A stretch of DNA of 64,000 nt from assembly GCA_044892525.1 (NCBI GenBank), contig CM097888.1:47802001-47866000 (forward strand), read 5' to 3'. Below, piece after piece: positions 11,412-25,700 of this stretch. Below the pieces are notes generated by a model. It was not told the origin of the DNA, made no database searches, and worked only from the letters and a program-made list of their open reading frames with translations. Source of the stretch: Schmidtea polychroa (taxonomy: Eukaryota). Position numbers and translations under genes: made by a program. Each line of letters starts with the position of its first letter. Within the stretch, counting starts at the first letter, position 1.

Positions 11412-13430
11412 CTAAAATAAAACAGATTCAAGATGTCCAATTAATTTAAATAAAGAAACCCTAAACAAATTGGAAATTTGATTACCTAAGCATGAAGGTT
11501 TATTGCGGTATGTGTTTTGTAAATTTGATAAAATTGTCAATCTTTTCCTGTGCAAATTTTTGGGTAATGTCTAATCTTTATTATAAAGATTATTTAAATC
11601 AATATTTGCACTTTAAATCAATAATTACACATTTAAATCAATAATTGAATTTCTATTTTGAAAATTTTGCACTTAAAAATCAATAAAAATAAAAATTCTT
11701 GTAAAAATCAATAATCATTAAGATAAAAGGGATCATTGTTCGATAGTATTCTAGTGAAATGATGCGACTAAACCTCATCTCATGTTTTGCTCATGTTTTC
11801 GGATTTAGCACCAAAATAGAACACAGAACAGTAATGAATGTAAAGGAAATTCAAAACAAAGAAACATCCAAAAAAGGGACAGCCCAACAAATTGGGGAAC
11901 AAATGGCTAAAATAAAGGTTAAATAATAAATCAGAAATTTACATTTCCTATAATCATTCCATCAGTTTTAAACTTTTGGTTATCACCATAAAAGAGGATC
12001 GCATTTGCGGCTCGATGAAACGCCTCATAATTTCCATTGCTATTCGAATCAAAGTCATTGCAAAGAGCCTTAATTTCCAATTAATTTCTCCATACAATAA
12101 TAATTCAAATAATACCTTGAGTTTCCGATCCTTTCTTTCTAATCTCTCTAACTTTCTTGTAATTATTGTTAAATCTGTTTTCAATTTCATAAATTCCTCA
12201 GAAGTGTCCACTAATGGAATAACGGAAATTCGTCGATTTTCATGTCGCTTCATTTTCGAATTGGTATCTAACAGGTCCAATTTTATCTAGGTTTATATGA
12301 AAGTAACACTGGAAGCTTCAAAATCCTTTACTAACAACATTTTCATGTGAATCATCTTGATTGACATAGATGCGGAATGTAACGTAGCCGGTCAGAAAGT
12401 AGTCAAGATGTTCTTGCGTGATTCTAGCAAAAGAAATGACCTTATTATAATTGAACACGGCAGATTTAGACCCTTTAAAGGTTTCGGTTTCAAATGATTT
12501 CTCATCCTTGAAAATTCTAAATCGTACTTTTATTCCGATACTATACTTAGGATTGTGGAGTTCAACTGAAGCTATTCCGATCTACAAAAATGCTACTAGA
12601 TCAAATACCGTCACAAATATTTGATATTATTCGATAAATTATAAAATTATAAAAATTCTAAAATTTTGTTTCTTAAGAATATTTATAAATTATATTATAT
12701 GTGTAAGTAAATTAATTAAATTAAATATCAATTAATTTTTTATTAAATTATTATATAACTAAGTATACGTGAATATTTTTCGAAAATTTATTATTACAAT
12801 TTAATTCTCCCCTACCCTTATGCTCATTTTTTGTTAATCATTATGCTGAGCATCTTTTAAGTATCTAAGACTTCATATTTTCTACTCAACCTCAACTTAT
12901 GAACTAAAAATATTAAGAGTTTGAATTCAAAAATTGAATATTTTAAACGAATATTTTAAGATATTGAAAATGAAACCAACCAAGAAGTGATATGTTCTGG
13001 TCAGTAAGGATTTTGGGTCATCGACAAAATTATCTTCATCTATCACACGACCATTGCTTGTACTCGGCGATATAGATACACTGATGAATCCTTCTTCACT
13101 CCCTTCATAATTTAATATCGGTATTTTATCCTCAAAATCCAAATTAAAAGCCAAGGCTTGTAAAAACACGTTAGCAGTGCCTATCAACACTTCACCAGTT
13201 GGTTCCCAAAACGGATCTTTGGAATTAATAGTTTCTTTTAAAGACTTATCTTCCAAAAACTGTTGATACATTTCCTAACAATAATGTTGATGTTAATCAT
13301 TGAATTATTTTTAATAATTTAAATTACTTGCATTAGGTATCGACGGCTCATAAATTTACCTCTTTCCCAAATCCAGAAATTCCCATTTTTATTATCCGTA
13401 ACTTTAATCATAATACTGTAGAAAAATGGA

Positions 13431-13512
<82 letters not shown>

Positions 13513-14373
13513 GAAAAATTTGATGAAGTAGAATAAAAGTGAAAAATAATATAAGATAGATGATTTTTCTTTTCTTTTTTCATAATTTCTTTCATGACTA
13601 TATTTTGTTTTAGTTTTAGCACAAATTTTGTATAGTTAATTTTATCAATCTTTGTTAATTTGTCAATTTAATAAAGAAAACTGATTGAAAACTAATAACG
13701 TTAAATATCGGATCGGCCCAGACTTTTTAGATTTTTAATGGAAATATGTTAAAAGTGCTGTTATTGGTATTCCGACAGGTCGAGACGACAATTTTGTCTT
13801 TAGTTTTGTCCTCGCACATTAATTCTTATGACTACTGACGGCAAAATTACATTAACAGAACTAATGTGTAAATATTGAAAGTTTGATTGGAATACCAAAA
13901 AATAGAGGTCTTAGGTCTAAACCATAAATAAAATCAATAAGGCTAAAGTATGTTTTATTAAAATTATTTCAATAATACTACTTCTCAAGTACATTATCAA
14001 AGGGTAGCACGTGCAGGCTTAGCGTTCGGGCCAAACCACAGAGGCCACATTGTAGCCAAACCCAACCGTTCCACTATAATGATCGCCTTCCATTGGCTCA
14101 GTTTATGAATATAGACAATAGATCAGGCGCACGGTACACGACACGCTACGATTATAAACATTATTCAGTTAATGTTGATCATTATGTACCGATGCCATTA
14201 AATTATTTCATCAAAATGCCAAAGAAAATTTGTACTATACCAAATTTCTTAAACGCCAACCACCCAACAGAATACTCACAGATGGGCAATATAACAGTTT
14301 TTGTTAGTTACTTTTAATGAATTATTTGCAAATAATAATTAAAATTGATTTGCTATTCTAAAATAATTATCTA

Positions 14374-14407
<34 letters not shown>

Positions 14408-17400
14408 GGTGGGTCGAATGTTAATAAATTTTGAGTTCAAGAAAGGAAACATGGTTAAAAAGTTGTATTTTGGTATAGAAAAATCGAATCAAACCATTTT
14501 ACTTAGATTTATGGACATTTACTGCTCCCAACTTTTCTCCGAAAATGCAGTTCAACATAAGTGTGAAAACAATGTAATTTGGCTAGTGTCGGAATGTGTT
14601 TTGCGCCTTTGTCCATATTTAGATGTAGCTTTCTTAAGAGCTTATAAGTATATTATTTACTCTCTTGGGCTGAGATAGTATATTCTGTGTCCTCATCCCG
14701 CATTGAAATATATCCTGACAACGTCAGTGATTAGGAAGGGCCAAATTTGAATTATCCTTTTCAAAGACAAAAATCAACTTTCGAAATTATTTTTTATTAA
14801 AAACATCCAGCCAAAAGTTTAGAAATGTATTAGCGAGGGCATAAAAAGAAGTCACATGAAATCAGCTTTGCTTTGCACTTTGGGCATTCCTTCCTTGATT
14901 TTTTACACAGTAGTACCATACCATGTCTGGACTTGTGACCAAACACTTTGCAACTGGCAGAAGAAACATCTTTGATGGCTCTTTCAACGGCTTGAGAATG
15001 ACAGGGAAATTGTTCTAATGTAATTTTCTTATTCATCTTCAATTCATGATCCAATATATGAGATAAAAGAGGGGGAGGCGTCAAATTACATTTTGTCCAG
15101 TCAATCATGTCAACATATGATGTAGCAGACGACTGAAGAAAGACAGTATTCTTGTCCATAGTGCGAATCACTTCGGAAGGGAGAAAATTTTGTCTTGCAG
15201 TTATGATTTTTTCAGTTGCAAACTTTCTGATTTCTTCATCATCATCACCAACAGCAGCTAGGAGTATATTTTCTGGATGTGAGAAGTAATTGTTGTTCTG
15301 AATGACAGGAAAGATGATTTCTTGGTCTGATGGATCCAAATCCTGCAGAAGTTGGAGCATATAAAAAATATTTCTTGCACCATCTTGGCATGACGAGTGA
15401 GTCTTTATATAAAACCATGACGGTCCATAGAAATTGACAATAAATTTCACTATTCGCATGAGAGGTTCAGATGGAGCAGTTTCGGACATATATAGTCGAG
15501 AATTCTATTAGCTTTCGTTAGCCAGCGACTGTGATTCAAATTTCCTGGTTGTGCCATTTGTAGAAAAGGGACATCCTTGTTGTTGTGGTACCCTTTCTGG
15601 ACTGCCAAGCATACTCTGAGGAAATACAATTGATCAGTGTTCAATTCTTTCTTGACATTTTCACTAATATCTACGACCTTTCCAGGAAGGGACATAAAGG
15701 CTACTACGGGCTTGTCTTTTGGATCAAAATCAAGAACGCTTCCTATTTCACCACATGACGTTTTTGGACCTTTTGTTTCTCCACCATCGACGACTGAAAA
15801 ATACTTCCTGAATGGCAATTCATTTGCATGCAACAAGCATATCAGCCATTGTAGAGGTCGCCCTAGGCTTTTTTCGAGTCTTCTGATTATTCCATTATTT
15901 TTTCCGGTGTTTGTATTGGTTCCATCGCACACAATTGCTTGAAGGGTCAGTGAGGACTGCGTGCTAACGATGATTGACATGATTTCTTTGCCAATATCCA
16001 CAGCTTTACTACTTTGAGGTACAACATGATCGATATATGTATCCCCTGGAAAGGCGACAATCACATAATGCTCCTCTTTTAGGATCCTTCTATGAAGTAA
16101 GGTGGAATCTTATTTCCCATCGAAACCGAGGCAAATCAAGTTTTTCGCTTCTGCTGAATGCTGTTCAATTTCTCTCTCCCTCCAGTACTTTCTCTGACGC
16201 CGTAATTTTGTGGGATCGATGATTGTTTGAGAGGATAACAGTTCCATATCTTTCAGAAAAGCGTTTACTAGCAAACACGTGTCTCTGTTGCTCACACCAC
16301 ATCTGTCAACAGCTTTACTTAATTCAGGATAATGTCTTCTATTTTGAAATTCATCACATTCTTCTACGCTTGACTCTGAGCTTTCTGTTGAATTGTCTAA
16401 CTTATCTTTACTTTCATCACTAGCGGCTTCACTCTCCGTGTCACTTCTTGAGGTCGGATGTAGATCGTTAACTTCAGTGTCCATTATTTCATTTTTCATT
16501 TGTTTTCCTTTTCCTGTAGGGCTGCTTTTCGTTTGTTTTCTCTTCAATTTTGAGGTTTCCTGTCTGTCCGTATTTCCGATTTTCACGTTTCTGGTAGTTT
16601 GTTGGTCAATCCAGAACTCCCACTCTAAGGTAGGAATTTTCAAGGCCAATCGGCATGTACACTGACTTCTTCCACGAGCACCATCATTAAAACATTTGCA
16701 GCAACATATGTCAAACAATTTGGAAAACGAGCTTAACTTATCTTGAAATTTGGCAGATGACCTCTTGCATTCTGGATACTTCTCTAATTCACGCACTTTT
16801 GATATTAGTCGCTTGACACGAACCACAATACTACTGAACTCAACAGTTGGGATACTTGCCTTCATATAAATTTCCTTCACCTTATTTGCGAGAAGAGTTG
16901 CTTGTTCGTTAAAGCCAGTATGAAATTGCGTACATTTCTCATTGTAACAGTAATCACGAAACACATCTTCACAAGTAGGTAATTGGTTTCTGGGTAGTTC
17001 ACAAGTTTGACCAAACAGACAATGACGTGATTTACTTCTTGTTTTGCGAAATTGCTTATTTCTCTGTCCCTTCATAACTGCTCTTCTGTACTCAGCTCTG
17101 GCAAAATAAAAGTGAATCATCAAGTTAACTTTTTTAATTAGGTCCAGCAAACACTTGACATCCAATCGAAACAAATTAAATTATCTGAGTTTAGACTGAC
17201 TAGTAGTATCCATGTGGATTATGTGTTGACTGTAGTGTGTGTGTTAGTATTGTTCAGAAGAAATTGTCTTTGTGAGTGCTTGTGTGAAGGTGCTTCCGTG
17301 AATTAACCTCTCTATACATGCACGCGTTAGCTTGGACTTGTGAATAGAGCATGTCAAAAATGGTCTTTCTGCAAGCGTGTGACTGCTTGCAGGATGAATT

Positions 17401-20400
17401 TACAATGGCACGTGTGCGAGCATTTTTACTGGGATAGTACTAATACATACAAACAAAAGTTGGGACCTGTAAACCCTTTTAAACAGCAGTCTTTTGCAGG
17501 GATATTTCATTTTCTAGCATAAGCACAACTTTTTAGGCATGTTTGGAGAAAAAAAAATTTTTCGACCCACCCTAATATATATATGTTACAGTTAAAGTAT
17601 AAACTTAAACAATGTAAACGATAACTAGTTCGATTCAGTTTAAAATTGAGTTAAAGTAAATTTTCATAGTTAATTTTTTTAGTAGAAAAATTTTAGACGA
17701 TAATAAAATAATAATAAAATAAATATTATATCTAGGTGGTATGCTGTATTGCAACATGGTATACTAGAATAACATTTTTGTATTTTATTAGAGAATGTAT
17801 ATATTGTTTAAGTTTATACTTTAACTGTAACATATAAAATTAAAAGTTTATTTGTTAGTACAAAGATAACATTTAAATATCTAAAAATGTTATTTAAATT
17901 TTACTAATGTGTTTGGTAATAATGCCATTAGTTCTGCAAAATTTCAAGGCTTTAGCTCGATGGATTCAGGTACCTGGCGAACAAATCCTTTCATCATTTA
18001 TCCATATCTCAGAACGCTTCTAGGACATTTACCCCCCGAACGATTACTCCCGGACAAAAAACCCCCCAGGACAATAACCCCCCAGGACAATAACCCCCGG
18101 ATAATAACCGCTTCTAGGACATTTACCCCCGGACATTTAAATAAATAAAATACTCATAACATACTATTTCGAGTGGATAAGTGGTGACTTAGAGTGATTT
18201 TTAAAAAAAAAATAAATATTCAATATTATAGACCATCGATTAAAATTAAATATGGAATTTCTGAAATCAAATAGAGGAGCGGAAAAAGTAGTTTTCGAAG
18301 GTTATATATATGTGAAGCAGAAAAATTTGGCTAATGGGGTTGTCTCATTTGAATGTGAAAAAAGGCGTAACAAGGCTGAGTGCAAAGCAAAAATTAAAGT
18401 TCGTGGTGAAGATATTGTGGGGCGCTTTAATGACCATTCTCATGGTCCAGATCCAGCACAAAAGGAAGTGCTGAAATCAGTTCAAAAAATGAAAAGATTA
18501 GCAGAAGAAACTGAAGAAACGCCTCAGCAGATAATTACGCAATCTGTTTCTACAATAAGTGAAAGTGCAAAAGCAAAGCTGACAACATTACATCATTTAC
18601 GTCGTAATATTAGACGTCAGCGTCAAGTTGTCAACAACCCTTTACCAGTGCCACTGAATGTTGACGCAATCGTAATTCCTGAACGTTATAAAGTAACAAC
18701 TGATGGCCAGAATTTTCTTCTGTTTGATTCTGGTACAGATAGTAATAATAGAATGTTGATATTTGGAACAGATAACAATTTAAAACATTTGGAATCAACA
18801 TTTCACTGGTTTATGGATGGAACTTTTAAAACAGCTCCTAAGCTTTTTACGCAGCTATATACTGTTCACGCATTAGCTAATGGGCGATGTATTCCTTGTG
18901 TTTACGCATTACTGCAGAACAAAAGACAAGATACGTATAAAGAACTTTTTCAACAATTAAGTATTCTTAATGTCAACTTGAAGCCCAGAAGCATTATGGT
19001 TGATTTTGAATTGGCAGTTATAAATAGTTTGAAGACAGTATTTCCTGACAGCCAAATAAAAGGATGTTTCTTTCATCTAAGCCAGAACATCTACCGCAAG
19101 ATTCAAGAAAACGGTCTTCAACAGCGTTACCAGGAAGATTCTGAATTCGCATTAAAAATACGGATGATTCCAGCACTAGCATTTGTCCCTCCAGAAGATG
19201 TAGTCGGCGCTTTTGAAGCATTGGTCGAATTGCTTCCTGCGAACGTTTTACCAATTGCAGATTATTTTGAAGATTTTTATATAGGCAGACAACAACGGCG
19301 TGGACGACGTCAATCCACTTATAACATAGACATGTGGAATATGCACCAAAGAGCCGAATATGAATTACCAAAAACTAATAATGCAGTGGAAGGATGGCAT
19401 AGAAGTTTTCAGTCCAACGTAGGAAGTTACCATCCTACCATTTGGAAATTTATTTCATTTATCCAAAGAGAACAAGCTCTGCAACAATTGCATTGTGCTC
19501 AAATGCTGGCCGGTCATTCATCCCAGACGTCGAGAAAGAAGTATGCAGATGCAAATATAAGAATACTTTCAATAGTCCGTAGCTACCGTGATCGCAGCAT
19601 TATAGACTATTTACGTGGAATAGCGTATAATTTATCCTTTTAATTAAATTTATATTCAAATTTAATATTTTTTGGTTTTTTATATTGTTTTTTTATAAAA
19701 ATATGTTTTTTTTAATATAATAAATATTTTAATCTATATTTTTTTAGTACGGGGGGTTATTGTCCTGGGGGGTTTTTTGTCCGGGGGGAATTGTCCGGGG
19801 GGTAATTGTCCTGTTACCCTCAGAGCATATTAAAGTCAGAATATTCAAATGTAACTAATAAGTGTTTAGAAATAGGGCTTTTAGTTTGCAAAATTTCGAA
19901 GAATGGAATGTCATTATTCATATAGATCATAATTTTTGAATTTGTTTCTGAATTTTTAGTTATTATAATTTACTTGCAATGAATTGAATATATGCAAATG
20001 TAAATAGATATATTTATTATCCTCCACTCTTTCTACAAAAATAAAAATGCGATGTTGGAAACCCCACTTAATTACACCATCCATCACTATGATCTAATAT
20101 TAGTCACTATTTTTTTTAATTTTTATCCAGAATTAATATTTTATGGCTATATGTAAATGATTAATATGCTTTTATATTTCTATTAGTGTAAATTATCATA
20201 ATTAGAAGTAAAAATTAAAATTACTCTGTTCTTTTCGCAGATCCATATATTGAATCCTGGGCGTTGGGCGGTACTAGGATAATTTCAAAGGTTTTGGATT
20301 TCTCCAGTTCCTCGGAGATGGCATTAACTTCAGATATCATTGGCAAAATTTCTAGTATTTGCTGTTGAACTACCTGTTGATCTAAATTAAATACAAATGT

Positions 20401-22693
20401 AATGTGTACATTTTGAATAAAAATATTGCAATTTAATATATGTAATGTCATGTAATGGAATATTTGATTGCCTTGACCACTATACTATATTATGAAACTA
20501 ATGCTCATTATTGTGTATACCCACATTGTTTTTTGATTAATGCTTAATATCCAGTGCTTAGATTATGTCATTGTTTATTGTTTATCCAGAGTAGTTTAAT
20601 GATAAATGTGTTCAGATCATTAAAGATAATTATCCTAACACAAAACTCATATGAACAATTTTGAATATGTAATCTTACATTCTCTTACATACAACAAAAC
20701 GAGAACTCAAATTAATTTTCAAAATATTTTATTTAATTGATTAATTTTCCAAATGTTTTTCTGTAAAAAGAAATTTTACAATTGTAAGAAAAAAGATGCT
20801 TTCAACGTTTATGACCATAAAAGCCTGAAAATCCTGAAGGTTCATAATTGCACACTAAATATTAATTTTGTAACAGAAATGTACGATCAGCGGGTGAAAC
20901 CTTCTGACATACGATTTCTTAATTTATTTAGATCAAGGCAACTGAACATAAATGTATTATCTCATTCAAAAAAGAACTATATAAGGGAATTTTACGTTTT
21001 AGAATTTCTAATGGATTTAATCAGTATAAAAGTAAAATATTTATTTGAGAAATTAAACAATATTGTTATTCACCAAATGTTTTGATGATTTTTTAATCGT
21101 GTTTTTAATTTTTCGAATTTTATGTAATAATTTTTCTTAATAAAAGTTACCAATATTTTGAAAAAATTCTACCACAAACATAAATTAATCTTAAAAATTT
21201 TACATATTTGCTTGTATGGAATAATTTGTGATGTCGAAACATCAAAAAAACTTCCTAAAACATCCAAACTCCTTTTTTTAATATTAAAAATGAGGTCTAA
21301 TGTGTATATTTTATTATAGAAATTTTGTCCACCGTGATTATGTGTATGAATTTCTCTTCTCTCAATAAAACTTTTGTCAACGAATCTTATTTGTTGTCAT
21401 TATTGTTAATGACACACACACTTAATATTGGTTAGTTTTTTATATTACTAATGCTTTTATTTTTGTCATTTAGACTCTTTCTTATTGCACCTTGGTTTAT
21501 TCACAAAATTTCAAAATACAGGTTATGTGCCTGAATCTCTCGAGTATTTCAAATTTAAATGTAAATATTTTAAAAGTTAATTTTTCAGTTTTAATGTTAA
21601 TTTTAATATTTTTAATTAAGTATAAATGCTTTAAAATAAGATAAGATAACTTTTTATTAATGCTAAGTTATATAAATTAAAAAATAACATTTTTCAAATT
21701 GTTTTTAAGGATTTACGTAATAATTTGCCTCCATAAACCTATTCCAATAATTTTTTGCCGGTTCCTCCTTAAATATTTGAGAATATTTCCACCTTCTTCC
21801 TTGTAGCATAAATATATTTACAAATAATAACTAATAGCCTTCTGATCATATCGAAGGCGTATAATTTCATTGTTCAGAAAGAGACGTCACTAGTTTGGTA
21901 TTTTTGTAATTATTGACCAATTAAATACTGAGAATTCCTAATTAATAACAATAAAATACCTTTAGTTAAACCTTTCACATTCTCCGTTCCAAATCCATCG
22001 GCATGGGCAATTTCATTTTGAGCAAACTCCCAATCTATTAATTTTGGGAGATTTTTGTCTTCCTTAAGATTTTCAGGATCAATGAACAAGTACATATGAT
22101 GGGAACCTAAAAACATAATTCAATTTCACATTGGATAAATAAACTGTTAACCAAATAAAATTCGATCCTTATGATTCAAGGGACATTCGCCTGTTAATGT
22201 ATTACCATTCAACTTAGTTTTCGCCCCAGCCAATGCCGGTCTGATTGTGAAAGAATGCTCGTCTTTTCTTTCAATAATAGCGTGTCGATTGCTTATACTG
22301 AGACCCTTCAGCACAATATTATTCATTTCTGTTTCCTTTTTTTTCGGCTTGGTTTTCTTTTTGTGTTTACTTTTCTTCTGCAATTCAAGTTCCTCATCAT
22401 CAGTGTCTATTTCTTCATTCTCGCTTATCCGGGAAATAAGAGTCAATTTATCCGTCAAATAATGCACTATAACTCCTGAAAAAACGTATGTTATTTCTAA
22501 AACAAATGTATGATTCAAATGTAAACAAATGTAATCAAGACATATTCACCTGCAAAGTCCTGTAGTATCTTGAAAAAGAAAGAAAACAGAACTTTGAAAA
22601 TGAAGGATAGTTTTTGTAATAACAATGTTATATGTTGTGTAGTGCTTCCACTTTATACGTAATTATTTATCTATTATATCATAATTTACTTTT

Positions 22694-22745
<52 letters not shown>

Positions 22746-25700
22746 TAAATAAAAAGGTGTTATTTTTGCTTAAATAATGTGAAAAGCATAAGATCGATCT
22801 TTTCAAAATAAGCAAGGAAGATCGATTTTCTCAATAATGCTTGATTTTGAAAGTTAAAGCAAGTGACATAAAACGAATTTTTGAATTTTTTTGAATCAGA
22901 ACTAAATGAACTACACGACTAAGTTAATCAAAAAAGCATCAACAGAAAAAGTTCCAATTATTTCCGATTCAACATTACCAGACAAATTCGACAACTACAA
23001 CAAAAAGGTGAATTCAATTACCAACGGCGAAAAGAACCACAATCAATGTGTGAATCCAATTATAAACAATGAAGCAAAGCTGATGAGAAAATTATATTGG
23101 ATTTAATAAAATTTTGTACAATCTTCGAAGTATGATTATATTAATTTTCAATTCATCAGCTTTCTGTGAGGGTAGCTCCCCATGAAATGTTGTTTAAACA
23201 TCTTCATTTATTTCACAATCAGAAGATTTTATTAATCCAAAGTATTTATTATAATCAAGATAATATTTCGCATATAGTGATATAAACATATTAAGAACGA
23301 GCAACTTATTTTCATTTAATTTAATTTTAATGTTTAATATTAAAAATATTTATTTAAAAATAGCACATTCGAAATTTTAACCCTCTAATGCCCAATTTTT
23401 TATCGTCACGCAAAAACTCTCTTTACAGAAATGAATGCTGCTGAAAATAAATCTGAATTCAAATTTTTGTTATCGGTATATTGTCACTTGGTATACCGGC
23501 TAAAGGTATGCCCGCTTTGAGGCGGACCTGGGCAGTTATAACAAAAAAGTAAATGCAAGCAATTTAGCATTATATGGGATTTAATATTGTCCGCCTTGAG
23601 GTGGAGTTGGGAATTAGAGGGTTAAAATAGCAAAACTAGTTTAACTTATTTAACAAATTGTAGATTTAAAATATACATAAAAAATATATACCGTATATAC
23701 TCGTGTATGAGCCGAGAAATTTTGGGCAATTTTTTAAGCAAATTTTTAAGCTAACATGTCAAAAACAAGATTTTGTGATTATTTAAATAATTCGTCAGAT
23801 TTTAGCTATTTTTTCTACCTCGGCTTATATACGGGTACTTGATTTTGGACAAAAAATTGACTATAAAAACTCACTTCGGCTTATACACGAGTATATACGG
23901 TAGTTAAAATATACTAATTTAAAATACCGTATATTTCGGCGTATAAGACGACCCTTAAAGTCAAAAAATCACCCTTGAAAATTGTGGGTCGTCTTATACA
24001 ACCGATATAAAAGAAAGTATTACAGTACAGGTAGTTGTATTTATACTAGTTGTATTTATACTACTACAACCGATATATGATAAATCATAAAAATTTGCTC
24101 TAACTTTGTACCTCGTCTTATCTGACGGTCGCCTTATACGCCGAAATATACGGTATACACTTACTAGGTATTCAAAATTAGAAAATAAAAAAATCAATTT
24201 TAACTAATTTAGCTTATTTAACATATTTTAATTTTAAACTAATTTAATTTCCCTCTAAAATACATATTTAAAATTATTATTTTAATATCTATTTATATAA
24301 AATCTTTTAACCTAATTTATTATTTAGTTTGATTATTTAATTTAATTTTAATGCTCGTTGATAATACTATTCAAATATCCTCAAACAACAAATTGTTATT
24401 TTTAATTCATAACAATACCAAACGATAGAAAACTGGGGGAAATACATTTTAGAGTCGCATTAACGATAAAGACTTAGAATTTATTGTAAAAGTTAAAGAT
24501 AAATGAATTAAACAAAGTTATACGACCTATAATATAGGTTTTATCAGAAGATCTTAATGCCAACTAAACATTTATCTTAACCCATTACCTCCCACTGTAC
24601 TCACACGGGTTCACTTGTTAAAGGCGTGATTTCATGTTTTTCTATATTGATTATCCTGGAAGTAGTGACCCATTTCAAAAATAGATGGCACTAGTAGTCT
24701 ATGAAAAAATTCAATATGACGGGAACGCAATGATAACCGTTATTAATGTCAGTTTGTTTGTAAATATTTCCTTTTGGGCGTTAATGGGTTAATGAACAAA
24801 TGTTAATTTCATCTTTAATTGATTAACAATTTGTTTGTGAATAAAGTCATAAACAATTAATTGACATATATACAAGCTTTAATCAAAATTTATTTTAAAT
24901 CTAATTATTTAACTATAAAATTAACCTCAATCAACTAAAACACTATTATGTAAAACATTAATTAAGGTTAATTAATCATATTAAGTAATTTTTATTATCC
25001 ATAAAATACTAATTTTATTTATTAGTATATCTTATATTTGTGATTAATTAACATTTTTATAAAGCTAATTGAACTTTTCGTTATCAGACTTTATTGTGAA
25101 ATACTAAATTCATAATGTTTGTTTTCCTTTGATCGGTTTTATGATATTTCATTTATTTTCATTATAACATGATCAAGAATATATTTATAACATACAAAAT
25201 TGCAATTATTTTTTAAAAACTATTGGGTCACCTTTAACCCATCGGTTTAGATTATGAAGCTTAGAAGTTAACTTGATATCTTTGATCGAAATGGATAGAA
25301 AACACAAACCTGATAATTGAGGGTCTTCATTGAGATTCATTAAATGATGTAATTTTGATCTTTTATCTGCTTCTTTCTTTTCTTCTTTAGAAATTATTGC
25401 AACCTCTTTTCGTGCTTCTTCTAGCTGAAAAAACCAACATTATAAAATAAATCAATAAAAAATTAATTCATCAATATAATTAGAAAAAAATAAACGTCAT
25501 CATTCTTTGTTATAAATATAATGATTCATAAAACTTTCATTTAACATTAAAACTTATTTCAACAAAAAATTGCGTCTTATATATAAATATTATACAACAG
25601 ATATGACAAACCCTCTCATTCCAGATCTTTGGGTCCTCCGCGGCAATAATTTCTGAATTAGCATTCATCTGAGCTTTGAATTCTTCCATGATTTCTTGGC

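Noticed and set aside
13404-13622. Poly-Tyr ORF (also the poly-Ile ORFs near 35906-36124)
   Set aside because: Artefacts of (TAA)n/(AAT)n microsatellites.
14404-14409. TTAGGG/CCCTAA at the ends of the 14.4-17.6-kb transposon as telomeric repeats
   Set aside because: Single hexamers formed by the TIR plus the TA-repeat flank; no array.
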